From Malacoraja senta (lineage: Eukaryota): a stretch of 64,000 nucleotides of DNA. Every line of letters begins with the position of its first letter. Positions within the stretch are counted from its first letter, which is position 1. Below are positions 38,491 through 50,207 of the stretch, piece by piece. The notes under the pieces are model-generated. The model was given only the letters and a program-made list of their open reading frames with translations, made no database searches and had not been told where the DNA came from. The translations under genes were made by a program, and so were the position numbers. The DNA is taken from contig CM075991.1 in NCBI GenBank assembly GCA_038087875.1, forward strand, positions 4,588,001-4,652,000. Direction: 5' to 3'.

Positions 38491-40461
38491 TGCATCTGTA
38501 TTATAAAATAGGAATACCCAAGGTATATTTTATTTGTAAAAGTGGGAACTTGCGTTTCTCAAACTAGGGTCATCGCAAAGCACCTTACAATGCTTAATTA
38601 TTAAGTAAGAAATGAGAGGGATACATTGGAGAATCAATGATGCATTAATGATACGTGTCATTTTGATGGGGATTAAAAAGAAATCTGGCTAAAGAACTAG
38701 TTTGGTGAAGTGATTTTGAGAAACTGGGTATTTTGAAGGAAGAGGAACAACAAATAACAAACATGCAGCATTCTTACCACATCTTACTGCAGCATTTTTT
38801 AAAACAGTGGCATGTTTTGACATATTCAGGCATTACGTGTTAGGAAGATAAGCACCACTTTTATTGTTTTTAAATGTGAAAATATTATTTAACTCGCATG
38901 TCCTTTGCTTTAAATATGCAATTGGCAGTGGCTTGCATGTTATTATTGTCCAACCATGTATCAGAAAATAGGATTCATCTCTCAATATAGCTTAGCACCT
39001 TTTAAATGTGTGAAATTCAAGAATAGATTATGATTGTAAAATATTACAAGCATATTTGTGAAGTTGGAGCTTTAAAAAATATTTCTCAGGGTTACAGCAG
39101 CTAAACAGTTAATGGTGCTATGGAGCAGTCTATAAATGTAATCAGAGCATGTGAACGCACGTCATCGATTGTTTGACCTCCACAGAGAACTCTGCAGGTA
39201 CACGCACAACGATAAGTTGAACTCTAAAGGATGCAAACTATTTGCAGTCATAGGTTCTGGAAGTTAAATAATCTGGTGCATCCAATCAATTGCATTGTGC
39301 TGCTGGAAAATGCATACGGCGGCAATGAAATAACTCCATGTGTAATACATCCAAGCTTCAGGAGTTAATTCAAGTAAATGTAACTGGAGAAATAATTGGT
39401 ACTTGCCGCTAGCTACATTTTCTGTTTTTGTTAAGTATTATTCTTCAATTCCTTTGCATAAAATATGACTTGTCAGTCATGCTCTTAGCGTAGTCAAGTA
39501 CTTTATGTTATCAGTTTGTAAAAAAAAATAGCATAAGGGCCAGTGCAGTAAAAATATTCTGATTTTCCTCAAAGAAATAATTGACTTATTAGCTTATCCT
39601 GCCTCTAGTTCGTGCCAGTGGCTTAGGTAAAATGGTGAATTTACACGAGAAGAAAATATTGGCGTGGTCGGAAACATCCATTTCTTCAATCACCATGGTT
39701 GCAGTTTAACCCCTCCAGGATGAGATACAGCAACCTGTCAAGTGTAATTCAGCAGAATCTCCCGATATTTTCTGTCAGGATGGCTCATCAGGCAGGCTGC
39801 ATAGGACACCATTAAGAACCATCCTGACAGAAATGTATTGCCATTCCTACATTACTCATAAGGTCTTGAACTCCCTGTCTAACAACACAACGTGAACAAT
39901 TTAATCAATAGATCACAATGGTTAGAAGGGATGACAATTCACCACCACTTTCTTAAGTGTAGGTAGGAAGTGAAATAATTGCTGGTCTAAGTAGGAGTAC
40001 ACAGATTTTACAGCAAGGGAAGGAGATATTTGCACCAACTGGCCTACATTGTGTTTATTCAGCACATAAATCTACTGTTCAATAAAATAATACATCGTTT
40101 GAAATCTTGTAATTTAGCATTTTGGAAAATCAAGAACCAAGTGAGACAATAGGCAATAGACAATAGGTGCAGGAGTAGGCCATTTGGCCCTTCGAGCCAG
40201 CACCATTCAATGTGATCATGGCTGATCATCCCCAATCAGTACCCCATTCCTGCCTTCTCCCCATATCCCCTTGATATTACTTCGGAGTCACGTGAGTGAC
40301 TACGTGAAGAGCCCGTCAGCACGCATGCGCATCATTACGTCTAACGCATGGCGCGCTGACTGGCTGGCTGGCGCGCAGCTCCAACAGTGGTCCTTTTAAA
40401 AAGACCTCAGGTGAGTAGGGGAACTCAGCTGCGGTGAAATTTTTTTTCTTGTTGTTACAGG

Positions 40462-41653
40462 ATGGATAACGCGAAGGTGAAGGCACGCAAGGCTGCAGGG
40501 AGAACCGCTTCGGAGGACCGTGGGAGTACGGTCAGCGGTCGGCAGTCCGTTTCACCATCGCGGTCGCTGACAGCTGCACAGCCAGCGACTTCGGGCTTGG
40601 TGCCCATGGACAGCATTTTGCATACCCCGCGGGGGGAAAGCAAAGTGCAAGTCCAACAGGCCTGTAGACTCAGAAGAGTCTGGCCGGGAGGATTCGCCTC
40701 CCAGAGTGGGAAGGTTGGCTGGACGCCTCTCCCAAGTAGAGCAGCTCATGGAGAGACTGCTCGAACAAAATACGCTCCGTGGACGGAAGTCGTACCACAG
40801 CGGGGCTCGGGAACCCGCAGCAGCACCTCTTGGAGGGCTGCATGATGTCTCCCCATCCGAAGATGGCAGTGGAGACGAGTCCTGTGGGGACGACCGCTCG
40901 ATGCGGGACCCGCGGGAAGCGGAGGTACCCGGCATGATATCCAAATTTGCGGTGCCGTCGCTTGTTGGAGAGCCGCTGGAGGAAGAGCTGGCGGCAAGAA
41001 TAAAATATCTTGTCTCCCACCAACTGCAGGAGCAGGTCATCATGGAGACAACCATGCGGTATCACGCACCCAGCAATTGTGCGTCCCTGAAGGTACCGGT
41101 GGTAAAGAGTTCCATATGGAACCACATTGGGAGCGGGATTAAGTCCCAAGAACAAAAGCTCCAAAGAATCCTGAATCAGCTGGGGTCAGGTCTAACTGCT
41201 TTCGCAAGGTCACTGGATGGCTGCACATTATTAGATGCGCAGCGGGACGCAATGGCATTGTTGTGCAATGCACATTTTGAGATCAATTGTTTTTGGAAAA
41301 ATGCCATTCGTCCCGTTCTCAACCCCAAGTTTGCGGGGTTGTGTAAAGCTAGTAATGTGCAGCCACCAAACTTGCTGTTTGGGGATGACCTGTCCAGACA
41401 GGTGAAAGACCTCGACGAGGAGTCAAAGGCTGTGGGGCTTCTTCAGGCTCCACCAGGGAACAAGTCATCATCGTCGTTCCGCCGTTTCCAGCCTTATTCT
41501 TTACCCAGCACAAGACCGGCTGCGCAACCAATGAGGTCGGGAAGAACCGGACGCAAGTCTTTTTTAGGGCAAGGACCGAGTCGACCCACTACAAAGATGC
41601 GCAGCTACCGTCCACAAGTACCACAATACCCCAAACATCGGGGAAGGAAATAA
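40462..41653 (+). pseudogene. DIRS gag-like ORF1 (one frameshift)
   Basis: ATG 40462 frame switches to the 315-aa ORF (PSNCASLKVP..IW, LFGDDL, basic C-terminus); shift lies between 40571 and 40706, probably at the G6 run 40631-40636. Confidence 0.75.
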
Positions 41654-43595
41654 CTGGCCAGAATCCATCTAGTTCAGAGGTAGGTGGGTCTGGTTCACAT
41701 TGTAACATACCGAGTATAGAGTTATTGCATGTTGGTGGTAGGTTACGTTTCTTTTTGCATGAGTGGAGTTGGATTACTTCTGATTTGTTCATACTGCATA
41801 GTGTTGAAGGGTTTAAAATAGATTTTACGGGCACGTTGCCACCCACGCAGCATGTTCCAAGTCGTATCTTTTTGCGTTAAAAAAAGAACGATTTGGAAGT
41901 CCAGGCTGAAATTGAAACTCTGTGTGAAAAAAGGGTAATTGAGAAAACCAGGCATGAGCCACACCAGTTTGTGTCCAATATTTTCACCAGAGAAAAGAAG
42001 GATGGGGGCTGCCGCATTATATTGGATTTAACCCAATTAAACACTTTTGTGCAGTACAAACATTTCAAAATGGAAAGCTTTGTTATGGCGAAACTTTTGA
42101 TTTCCAGGGGATGTTATATGGCATGTATTGATCTCAAGGATGCTTATTATTCGGTCCCTATTCACAAAGAACACAGGAAATACCTGAGGTTTAGCTGGAT
42201 GGGGCAGTTATGGCAATTTAAAGCCCTGCCTAATGGATTGACCTCAGCTAGGCTGTTCACTAAAATCTGCACTGGCTCTTTTACGAGCACAGGGGCACAT
42301 AGTCATGGCTTACCTAGATGACATCCTCATCATAGGCAAAACTATGGAATTAGCTATTTCGGCAGTTTCAGCCACTAAGTTTGTGTTTGAAAAGTTGGGT
42401 TTCCTAATTCATCCAGTAAAATCCAGGTTAATTCCATCCACTATCATGGATTACTTGGGATTTACTATTAACTCCAATCACCTGGTTGTAACTTTGCCCG
42501 AGGGCAAGAGATTGAAGTTAATAGAGTCCTGCAGCAATATGATTGCACATCAGCTGCCTTCAATTCGACAAGTGGCAAGTCTAATTGGGAAATTGGTTGC
42601 TGCATTTCCAGCAGTAAAATTTGGGCCTCTTCAATACCAGCAATTGCAAAGATCCAAGGTGCAAGCACTTAAAAGGAATTTGGGCCATTTTGACAGGGCC
42701 ATGCAATTATCGGTTGAGGCAATTGATGAGCTCCAGTGGTGGATATCCAATCTTGACCATTGTTCTGGCAATATTTCAATATTTCAATTGAAAATCATTC
42801 AATGGTATTACAGACTGACACAAGTGCTTTAGGTTGGGGGGGGCACTGACACCCTTTCTAGCTGTGGTGGCAGATGGACTGTGCATGAACTATCTTTTCT
42901 ACAGGTGCATGGGGTTAACTATTTGTAGTTGCTTGCAGCCTTATATGGTCTGAAAGCTTATTGTGCACACATGCAGCAGCTGCATGTTCAGTTACAGATA
43001 GATAATACTACTGCTGTAGCTTACATAAATCACATGGGTGGTATCGTCAGTATCCTGTGATAAATTGGCAAACCTCATTTGGCACTGGTGCATTATTAGG
43101 AATATTTGTGTTTCAGCAATCTACCTACCAGGTACATTCAACATAGTGGCGGACACCAGGTCACGTAAATTCAATGACAACACAGAATGGATGTTGAATC
43201 ATAGAGTATTTAAGGACATTATTTCTAGGTACGGAACATGGATTTGTTCGCTACAAGGTTAAACCCATCAGTTACCTAACTATGTTTCATGGGAACCAGA
43301 CCCAGGGGCTGTAGCTGTAGACGCGTTCTCGCTACATTGGCAAGGAATGTTTTTCTACGCATTCTCCCCGTTCTGCCTTGTCATTCGCTGTCTGCAAAAG
43401 ATTCAGCAGGACTCTGCCTTTGGCATTCTGGTAGTCCCTGATTAGCCCACTCAGCCATGGTACCCGCTTGTTCTTGGCATGGTGGTACAACCAGTCTGGA
43501 GGATAACTAAACACAAGTCGTTATTGATTAACCCTAGCTCCGGTGAAGTGCATCCTCTGCATGATCGACTCAATTTGTTAATTTGCAGGTTTTGA
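41560..43595 (+). pseudogene. DIRS pol: reverse transcriptase, RNase H, methyltransferase-like domain; disrupted
   Basis: GGRLRFFLHEW, KKDGGCRIILDL, IDLKDAYYSVPI, LPNGL, AYLDD, YLGF, TDTSALGWGG, DNTTAVAYIN, DLFATRLN, YAFSPF motifs; premature TAA at 41878-41880, further TAGs and several frameshifts. Confidence 0.9.
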
Positions 43596-44566
43596 GAAGA
43601 CCTTTCCTTGGACTGGGACTAGCTGAGCGTACGGTGGATGTTTTAACTGCGGCATGGAGAAGCAGTACACAGAAACAATATGCATTGTATATCAGGAAAT
43701 GGGAATTGTTCTGTACACAGTACGATATACTGTATGACAAAGTGCATATCACACATGTTCTGGAGTTTCTCTCACATTTATACCATGATGAGAGATTAAG
43801 TTATAGTGCAATAAATAGTGCAAGGAGTGCGCTTTCGTCATATTTACATTCAGGTTCACAACAACTGGCTGTGGGTTCGCATCCATTAGTTTCTAGGTTC
43901 ATGAAGGGAGTTTTCAATTCTAACCCTCCCAGGCCCAGATACACAGAAATTTGGGATGTAGGGGTGGTTCTTAAATCACTACGCTCATGGGCTCCACCAT
44001 CTTCCCTGTCTCTACTCCAGCTGATGCACAAGGTGGTCATGCTGATGGCTTTAGTGTCGGCTCAGAGGGTCCAATCCTTGCAAAAGCTACGGTTGGATAG
44101 TATGCTCACTTCAGACAGTGGGTTCACCTTTTGCGTGTACGACAACATTAAACAAAGTAGACCAGGGTCCTTGGGGCTTAAATTACAGTTCATAGCATAT
44201 CCTTTGGATCCCGAGTTGTGTGTAGTTCGTTACCTCAGACAATATATCAAAGTTACCAAACAACTTAGAGGTTCGGAGCTAGCACTACTAATCAGCCATA
44301 AGAAGCCACACAAGAGGGTCTCTACCCAGACCATTTCCAGGTGGCTCAAACTAGTTCTAGCCCATTCAGGTGTTGATACTAAAATGTTCAAATCTCATTC
44401 CACCAGGGCTGCAGCTACGTCCGCAGCGAGAAGCATAGACGTTCCACTGGACCAGATTCTGTCGGCCGCAGGGTGGTCCTCAGCACGCAGGTTCCAAATG
44501 TTTTATAATAAACCTTTAGCGAGAACGAGCGTGTTTGCTAACTCAGTTTTAAGTTCTATTGCATAG
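43583..44566 (+). CDS. DIRS tyrosine recombinase (open 327-codon frame)
   Basis: Catalytic set visible: SAQR, K(QSRP), HSTR, AGW, FYNK; N-terminal LSYSAINSARSALS. No ATG at the start of the frame. Confidence 0.9.
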   Translation: MQVLRRPFLGLGLAERTVDVLTAAWRSSTQKQYALYIRKWELFCTQYDILYDKVHITHVLEFLSHLYHDERLSYSAINSARSALSSYLHSGSQQLAVGSHPLVSRFMKGVFNSNPPRPRYTEIWDVGVVLKSLRSWAPPSSLSLLQLMHKVVMLMALVSAQRVQSLQKLRLDSMLTSDSGFTFCVYDNIKQSRPGSLGLKLQFIAYPLDPELCVVRYLRQYIKVTKQLRGSELALLISHKKPHKRVSTQTISRWLKLVLAHSGVDTKMFKSHSTRAAATSAARSIDVPLDQILSAAGWSSARRFQMFYNKPLARTSVFANSVLSSIA

Positions 44567-44729
44567 TCCCTCTCGGGTAGAGAGGTGACCACTGTTGTTT
44601 TGTTCTGTTTTCCATTAAATTGTTACTGTTCGAATACCATGACTGAACAGTTTCCATTATTTGTTTGTCAACTATACAGTGTGTGACGCATGGATTCGTT
44701 CCACGGCATGGAGTCACAGAGCTTTAAAA

Positions 44730-44842
44730 TCTTCACGTAGTCACTCGCGTGACTCCGAAGTAAAATAGTAAGATTAAACGAGAACTTACCAGTTTGAAGT
44801 TTGATCTTTATTTTATGAGGAGTAACGATGAGGGATTACGTG
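44730..44842. repeat. DIRS internal complementary region (ICR)
   Basis: 44730-44763 is the reverse complement of 40277-40310 (1 mismatch); 44764-44842 is the reverse complement of 44987-45065 (2 mismatches). Confidence 0.95.
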
Positions 44843-46086
44843 CCCTCCACTCCCAAACCCTTCCTCATAAAGCTAACTGGTATTTCTAGAGTCCTGAATC
44901 TTACTATTCTCAGGTCAATCGGTTCCTGTCTGTGACTCCACACCGCTGCTTTGAAGGTTGATACGCATGCGTGCTGACGGGCTCTTCACATAATCCCTCA
45001 TCGTTACTCCTCATAAAATAAAGATCAAACTTCAAACTGGTAAGTTCTCATTTAATCTTACTATTCTGATATATTTAAGAGCCCTATCTAGCTCTCTCTT
45101 GAAAGCATCAAGAGAACCTGCCTCCACCGCCCTCTGAGGCAGAGAATTCCACAGACTCACCAATCTCTGTGAGAAAAAGTGTGAGGGAATTACATTTTTT
45201 GAATGAGGTAAATCATTCCAGTTGTCCCACCACCTTTGTTGTCTGGTGACTTGGTTGTTAAAATTGTCTTGAGGTCCGCTGATCGTCCTAACTTCTGTAG
45301 GAAGTCACACTGAAACTATTGCCATAGTCCCGTGGGACTTCTCCACTTTGTGGGGTTTCACAGGTCAGCTTCTCAAGTTACAGTAGGTCAGAAGGTGAAG
45401 CCCCATGAAAGTGCAATCACAGGTATTCATTAGCAGAGTGATGCAGGAATGAGTTGCTCAAGTAAAATTTCAGTGTGGTAAGATGACTCATAGCTCAGGT
45501 GATCCTGACCTTTGTGAGTCCCTTTGTGAAATTTCCAGGTTCTCTCTGTGACCATGTTTCTTTCCCTGGTTTCCTGCCACATCCCAAAGAGATGCTGGTA
45601 AGTTAATCGGTTTCTGCAAGTTACCCAAATATGCAGGAGAACCACTGGGGTCAAGGGGTATTGATGGGCACGAAAGAGAGAGTATATTACTGGGAAAAGG
45701 AAAGAGAATGGGACAGATTAGTTTTGTTTTTCGTTTAGAGACACAGTGTGGAAACAGGCCCTTTGGCCCACCGAATCCGCGCCAACCAGTGATCCCTGTA
45801 CACTAGCACTATCACACTAGGGACAATTTACAATCTTTACCAAAGCCAATTAACCTACAAACCTGCAGGTCTTTAGAATGTTGGAAGAAACTGTATCATT
45901 CGAGGAAAACCCATGTGGTCACGGGGGAAAAGCCGGAAAAAGACAACACCCATAGTCAGGATCAAAGCCGGGTCTCTGGCGTTGTAAGGCAACAATTCTA
46001 CCGCTGTGTCGTCATGCCGCCCTATGCGATTGCTCAGCTGGGAACTGTGTGGAGTCGATGAACTGATGAGAGGATAATTTTTATGT

Positions 46087-46312
46087 TGTAGCGGCGCCTG
46101 CTGGATCACGCAGGTATCGAACCCGGCGTTCGGAAGCCGCTGTCACGTGACTCGGGAGGGGCTGCTAGTTTTCGCGCGGTTTTGCTTTCGGGCGGCAGTT
46201 AAGTGCTGACCACCGTTGTGGCCAGACGTGTTGTAAGAACCTGTGAGCTAGGAAGCTATTTTGAGAATAAAATAAGTTACAAAACTTAGTTGTCGTTCTT
46301 GCGACCGCCAAA
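46087..46312 (+). mobile_element. Solo LTR, probably Gypsy-type
   Basis: TGTAGCGG...CCGCCAAA (degenerate TG..CA inverted ends), AATAAA at 46266, ATGT duplicated 46083-46086 / 46313-46316. Confidence 0.75.
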
Positions 46313-48878
46313 ATGTCATAATAGGCAGGTCTGACATGGTTCACTGTAGTGAAGAAAATCCATCTTTTAACGCATATTTAAGTTTTTATAATTTGAACAG
46401 ATGCAAGTTCAACAATCCATTCATGTTTTGAATTTGGTGGTGATGTAAAGCATTGCATCAACTTTGTGTCTCTGGAGTGACAAGTGAGTGAAACTTAAAT
46501 AATGATAAAACATCGACAATCAAATCTTCTACCAGTAGCAGTGGTAAACATACTTCTGGCAATAGTTAGCAGACTGCAAACAGACTCCACCTGGAATGTA
46601 TGGACAACGTGTACTAGAGTTGTAGCGTAAATATGTCATAAGACAAGCTGGTCCACAAAACATTCCTCATTGGAAGCTTGGTTTTGTTTCAACACTGGAT
46701 GTATGTGTAGATTTACCGTTGTAGAACAACAATAAAATAAAATAAAGTAGAACAACAATAAAATAAAATCAGCGGAAGGAGGGTTCCGACCCGAAACATC
46801 ACCTATTCCTTTTCTCCAGAGGTGCTGCCTGGCCCGCTGAGTTACTCCAGCATTTTGTGTCTATCTTAGCACAACAACAGGCCCTTTGGCCCACAATGTC
46901 CATGCCGAACATGATACCAAGTTAAACTAATTTCCTCTGCCTGCTTGTCAGCCATATCTCACCATTCCCTGCATATCCACAAGCCTATCTAAAAAGTTCT
47001 GAAATGCCACTGTTGTATCTACTTCCACCACCACCTCGGCAGCTTGTTTTAGGCATCCACCACTGCGTAAAAAAAAGTTGCCCTGCACACTTCCTTTAAA
47101 CTTTCCCCATTTGATCTCAGAGCTATGCCTTCCTGTCTTTGACATTTCCACCCATGGATACAAGTTCTGATTGTCTATCCTATCTATGCCTCTCTAATGT
47201 TATGTCCTGCTATCAGGTCTTCCTCAATCTCCAATGCTCCAGAGAACATTTGTTCAACTTCTCCTTATAGCGAATACCCTCGATCCAAGGCAGCATTCTG
47301 ATAAACCTCTTCAAAGCATCCACATTGTTCCTGTTATGGGACAACCAGAATTGCACACAATACTCCAAATGCAGCTTTAACTAAGTTTTCATGAAGCAGC
47401 GTCATGAGTTCCTTACTCTTATACTCAATGCACCATAAATACAAAATACAGGACATTTCTCAAAAAGTATTTTTTCAGTTTTGTGGAGACAACTTGCACA
47501 GAATAAGTTGTCGAATGTGCTAACTGAAAATGCTATCTGTTATGGATTTTAAATAAGCTTATCTGCAGTCCTTTAGTTACATTCAGATGAACAGGCACAC
47601 TGATAAAGTGAAATTAGCAGTAAGCAATTTCTTAAATAATGGGTTTAATGCATTGCTAAGTACAAACTATTTTAAATCAATGCATGAGGAAAAATAGAAT
47701 AGCTTTGATCCTAAAGTATTACATCATGGTTCGATGGTCAGTAAACAGACTGCTTTAAGTCTAATTGTCCCAAATCATGAGGGAAATAGCTGAAGCACTG
47801 GAAAAACAATGTATCAATAAAAGATAGGCCTTCCACTTGAACTAAATGTGAGGAGACACACCAGGCATAGCGATGTGTGAAAGCATTCATTTTCTGACCT
47901 AGAATTCTGCAGTTTCTTTGGTTTTAAAGTCTCCAAGCCACTGATTAGATAAAGGTTGCCTTCATTTTGAGAAATTATACTCGTAACTTGGAATCTGGCT
48001 GTGGAAGCTATTGGTCTAAGTCGATGATTGTGTTTCAGCAAGCCTCTTTGTGCTATCATCATAGTCTATTAACCTAACTCTCTATTCCTTTCTCTATCAT
48101 GTACTTATCTGGCTTCCTCAAGAATACATCCATCCCATTCACCTCAACAATTCCATTCAGTTCTGAATCCCATATGCTTACAACTCTTCTCAATTTCTTA
48201 TATCTATGAGTTACTGCCTTATGTCCTAATTATTGAACCCTTTGCAAGCGGAATCTTACATTTTATGGAACCATTTAAAAAAATTTACCATTTAAGTCTG
48301 ACAAAAAAAACCATTGCTATGATTTGTTAAATAAAAAGTTATAATTCCTTAAAATCTCACAGCCAATAACAGAACTGAAAATGATTTATTTTTCAACACA
48401 TTTAAGAATCTTTGAACGCAATGATTTGGTAATTACTGATTCCTACTTTCTCTTTGGCTAGACATTCAGCTATGGGGAAGTATTGAGTCTGTGTTTTCAT
48501 TCCTACATCAACAACATAATATTAGGAAATAAATATCTCAATAAAAAAAATCAAATATTTTAGGAATAACACATTGGAGTCATATGGGGGTCAGTCAAAT
48601 AGTTTGTTTTGGCTTCAGAGATTTGCTGGAGCACAATCAACAGCCAGGAAGCTTAGTTTGTGTCAGGGAGCAGTGATGAAGGCCTAAGTCTCTCCGATAT
48701 TTAGTTGGGGGAATTTTTGATCATTCATTATAGCAGTTTGAATTGACAGGTTGGCCACTTAGAAATATGGCAATAGACAAAGTGCTGCAGTAACTCAGCA
48801 GTTCAGGCAGCATCTGTGGAGAACCCATTACATTGCCTGTCCATTCCCTCCACAGATGCTGTCTGACCCACAGAGTAA

Positions 48879-50207
48879 AGGGGCTGTCCCACTGCAGCGA
48901 CCTAATCTGCAAGTTTAGACGAGTTTGCCCTGGACTCAAACTCGCAGCATGGTCGACACGTGGTCCTAGGAGGTCCTATGAGGTCACTGGCATTCTCCTT
49001 CATGCTCGAGCGAAGTTCCCGAATACTCGCGGCCTCAGCTAGGTCGTGGAAAAATTTTCAGCATGTTGAAACATTTTCCACGAGTAACATTTGGTCGGCA
49101 TGGGTCTTTTTAACTCGTATTGCAGTGGAGTGGGGTCACTATTTAGTTACAGGCAGTCGAGGGCAGCCGTAGGCAATCTCCTTCGCTGACTGGGCATTTT
49201 GATTGGCTCATTGGAGTTTTCAGGACACAGGAAAACCTACCGGTAGGTAAAATGCCCGCCAAATTTTATTATACTTCTCCCCCCCTTCTCCCCACTTCTC
49301 TCCCCCTCTCTCCCCCCCACCCCCCCCCCTCTCCACGCTCTCTAAAAGACTTAAAGGCCTGTCTCACGAGTCTGCGGTCATGGGCGGCGAAACGGGAAGA
49401 ATCTGCCGCCATAGACCGCGCACTCGTGAGAACGCACAATTCTGGGGCCGTGCGGCGGTGTTCCCAACACCGCACGGTGCTAAAATAAAACCTACACTGT
49501 TGAAAACTATATTCTTACCGCACAACCTCCACCAGTGATGCACGAGTGCGGCACGGCCGCCCGCACGGGCCGCCGCCAGTGTGGCTCGAGCGCCGTGCGT
49601 CAAACCTCCACTGCCACAGCCTCCGCCAGTGAGGCACATGTGCGGCACGGCCGCAGGCACAGCCACCGCTACAGCGCCGCGATCAGGATGGCCGCCGCCA
49701 CAGCCGCCGCTAGCGAGTCACGTGCGGTGGGCCGACGTCATCGCAGTCGGCCCGCCCTTTTTTTTACTTACCGCAAGCACGTGGGACCCGCCGTATTTGA
49801 ATCACTCGGCCCCCGCGCAGCATCCGTGCGGCGCTCCCGTGGATAGGCTCGGCGCTCTCGCCGTTGCCGTGCGCTCCACTCTACAGGCGAAGCCGCGCTT
49901 CACCGCCGATGACCGCAAACAGGTAAGACAGAGCCTTTACCGTACACTGTGCAGCCGTCTTTCCTTCCTCTTCATCGAGGGTCTGAATTTCAGACAGCGC
50001 TCCCCCGCTTTCCCTGGCCCCCGCCTTTGCGATGTGTCTGTGTGTGTGTGTGCGTGTGTGTGCGCGCGCGGTCGGTCGATCCAGCTCGCGGTTTCAACGC
50101 TGACGGTCGATCCAGCTCGAGGTTTTCCAGGCGAGTGCCCTCGAGCTTGAAGGTCGAAGAGACTCTTCTTAACTCGCGGATTAGGTCGCCGCAGTGGGAC
50201 AGCCCCA
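48879..50207. mobile_element. PIF/Harbinger-type MITE (family D) carrying a nested element
   Basis: AGGGGCTGTCCCACTGCAGCGACCTAATC...GATTAGGTCGCCGCAGTGGGACAGCCCCA; TAA TSD; splits a short repeat at gagtaa|ctctggcactttgtg. Confidence 0.85.
49354..49936. mobile_element. GC-rich nested Harbinger-like MITE (family E)
   Basis: Imperfect TIRs AAGGCCTGTCTCACGAGTCTGCGGTCATGGGCGG / CCGCCGATGACCGCAAACAGGTAAGACAGAGCCT; TTA TSD 49351-49353 / 49937-49939. Confidence 0.75.

Larger units (their letters stand above)
40277..45065 (+). mobile_element. DIRS1-type tyrosine-recombinase retrotransposon, full-length structure, partly degraded
   Basis: Inverted terminal repeats 40301-40334 / 44959-44992; internal complementary region 44730-44842 complementary to both extremities; gag-like, RT/RNaseH/MT and YR frames; interrupts a CR1-type 3' tail (ccccttga...ctgatatatttaagagccc). 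Confidence 0.95.

Noticed and set aside
46721..46770. Small tandem duplication GTAGAACAACAATAAAATAAAAT (similar case at ~8496-8541)
   Set aside because: Ordinary slippage-type duplications with no further structure.
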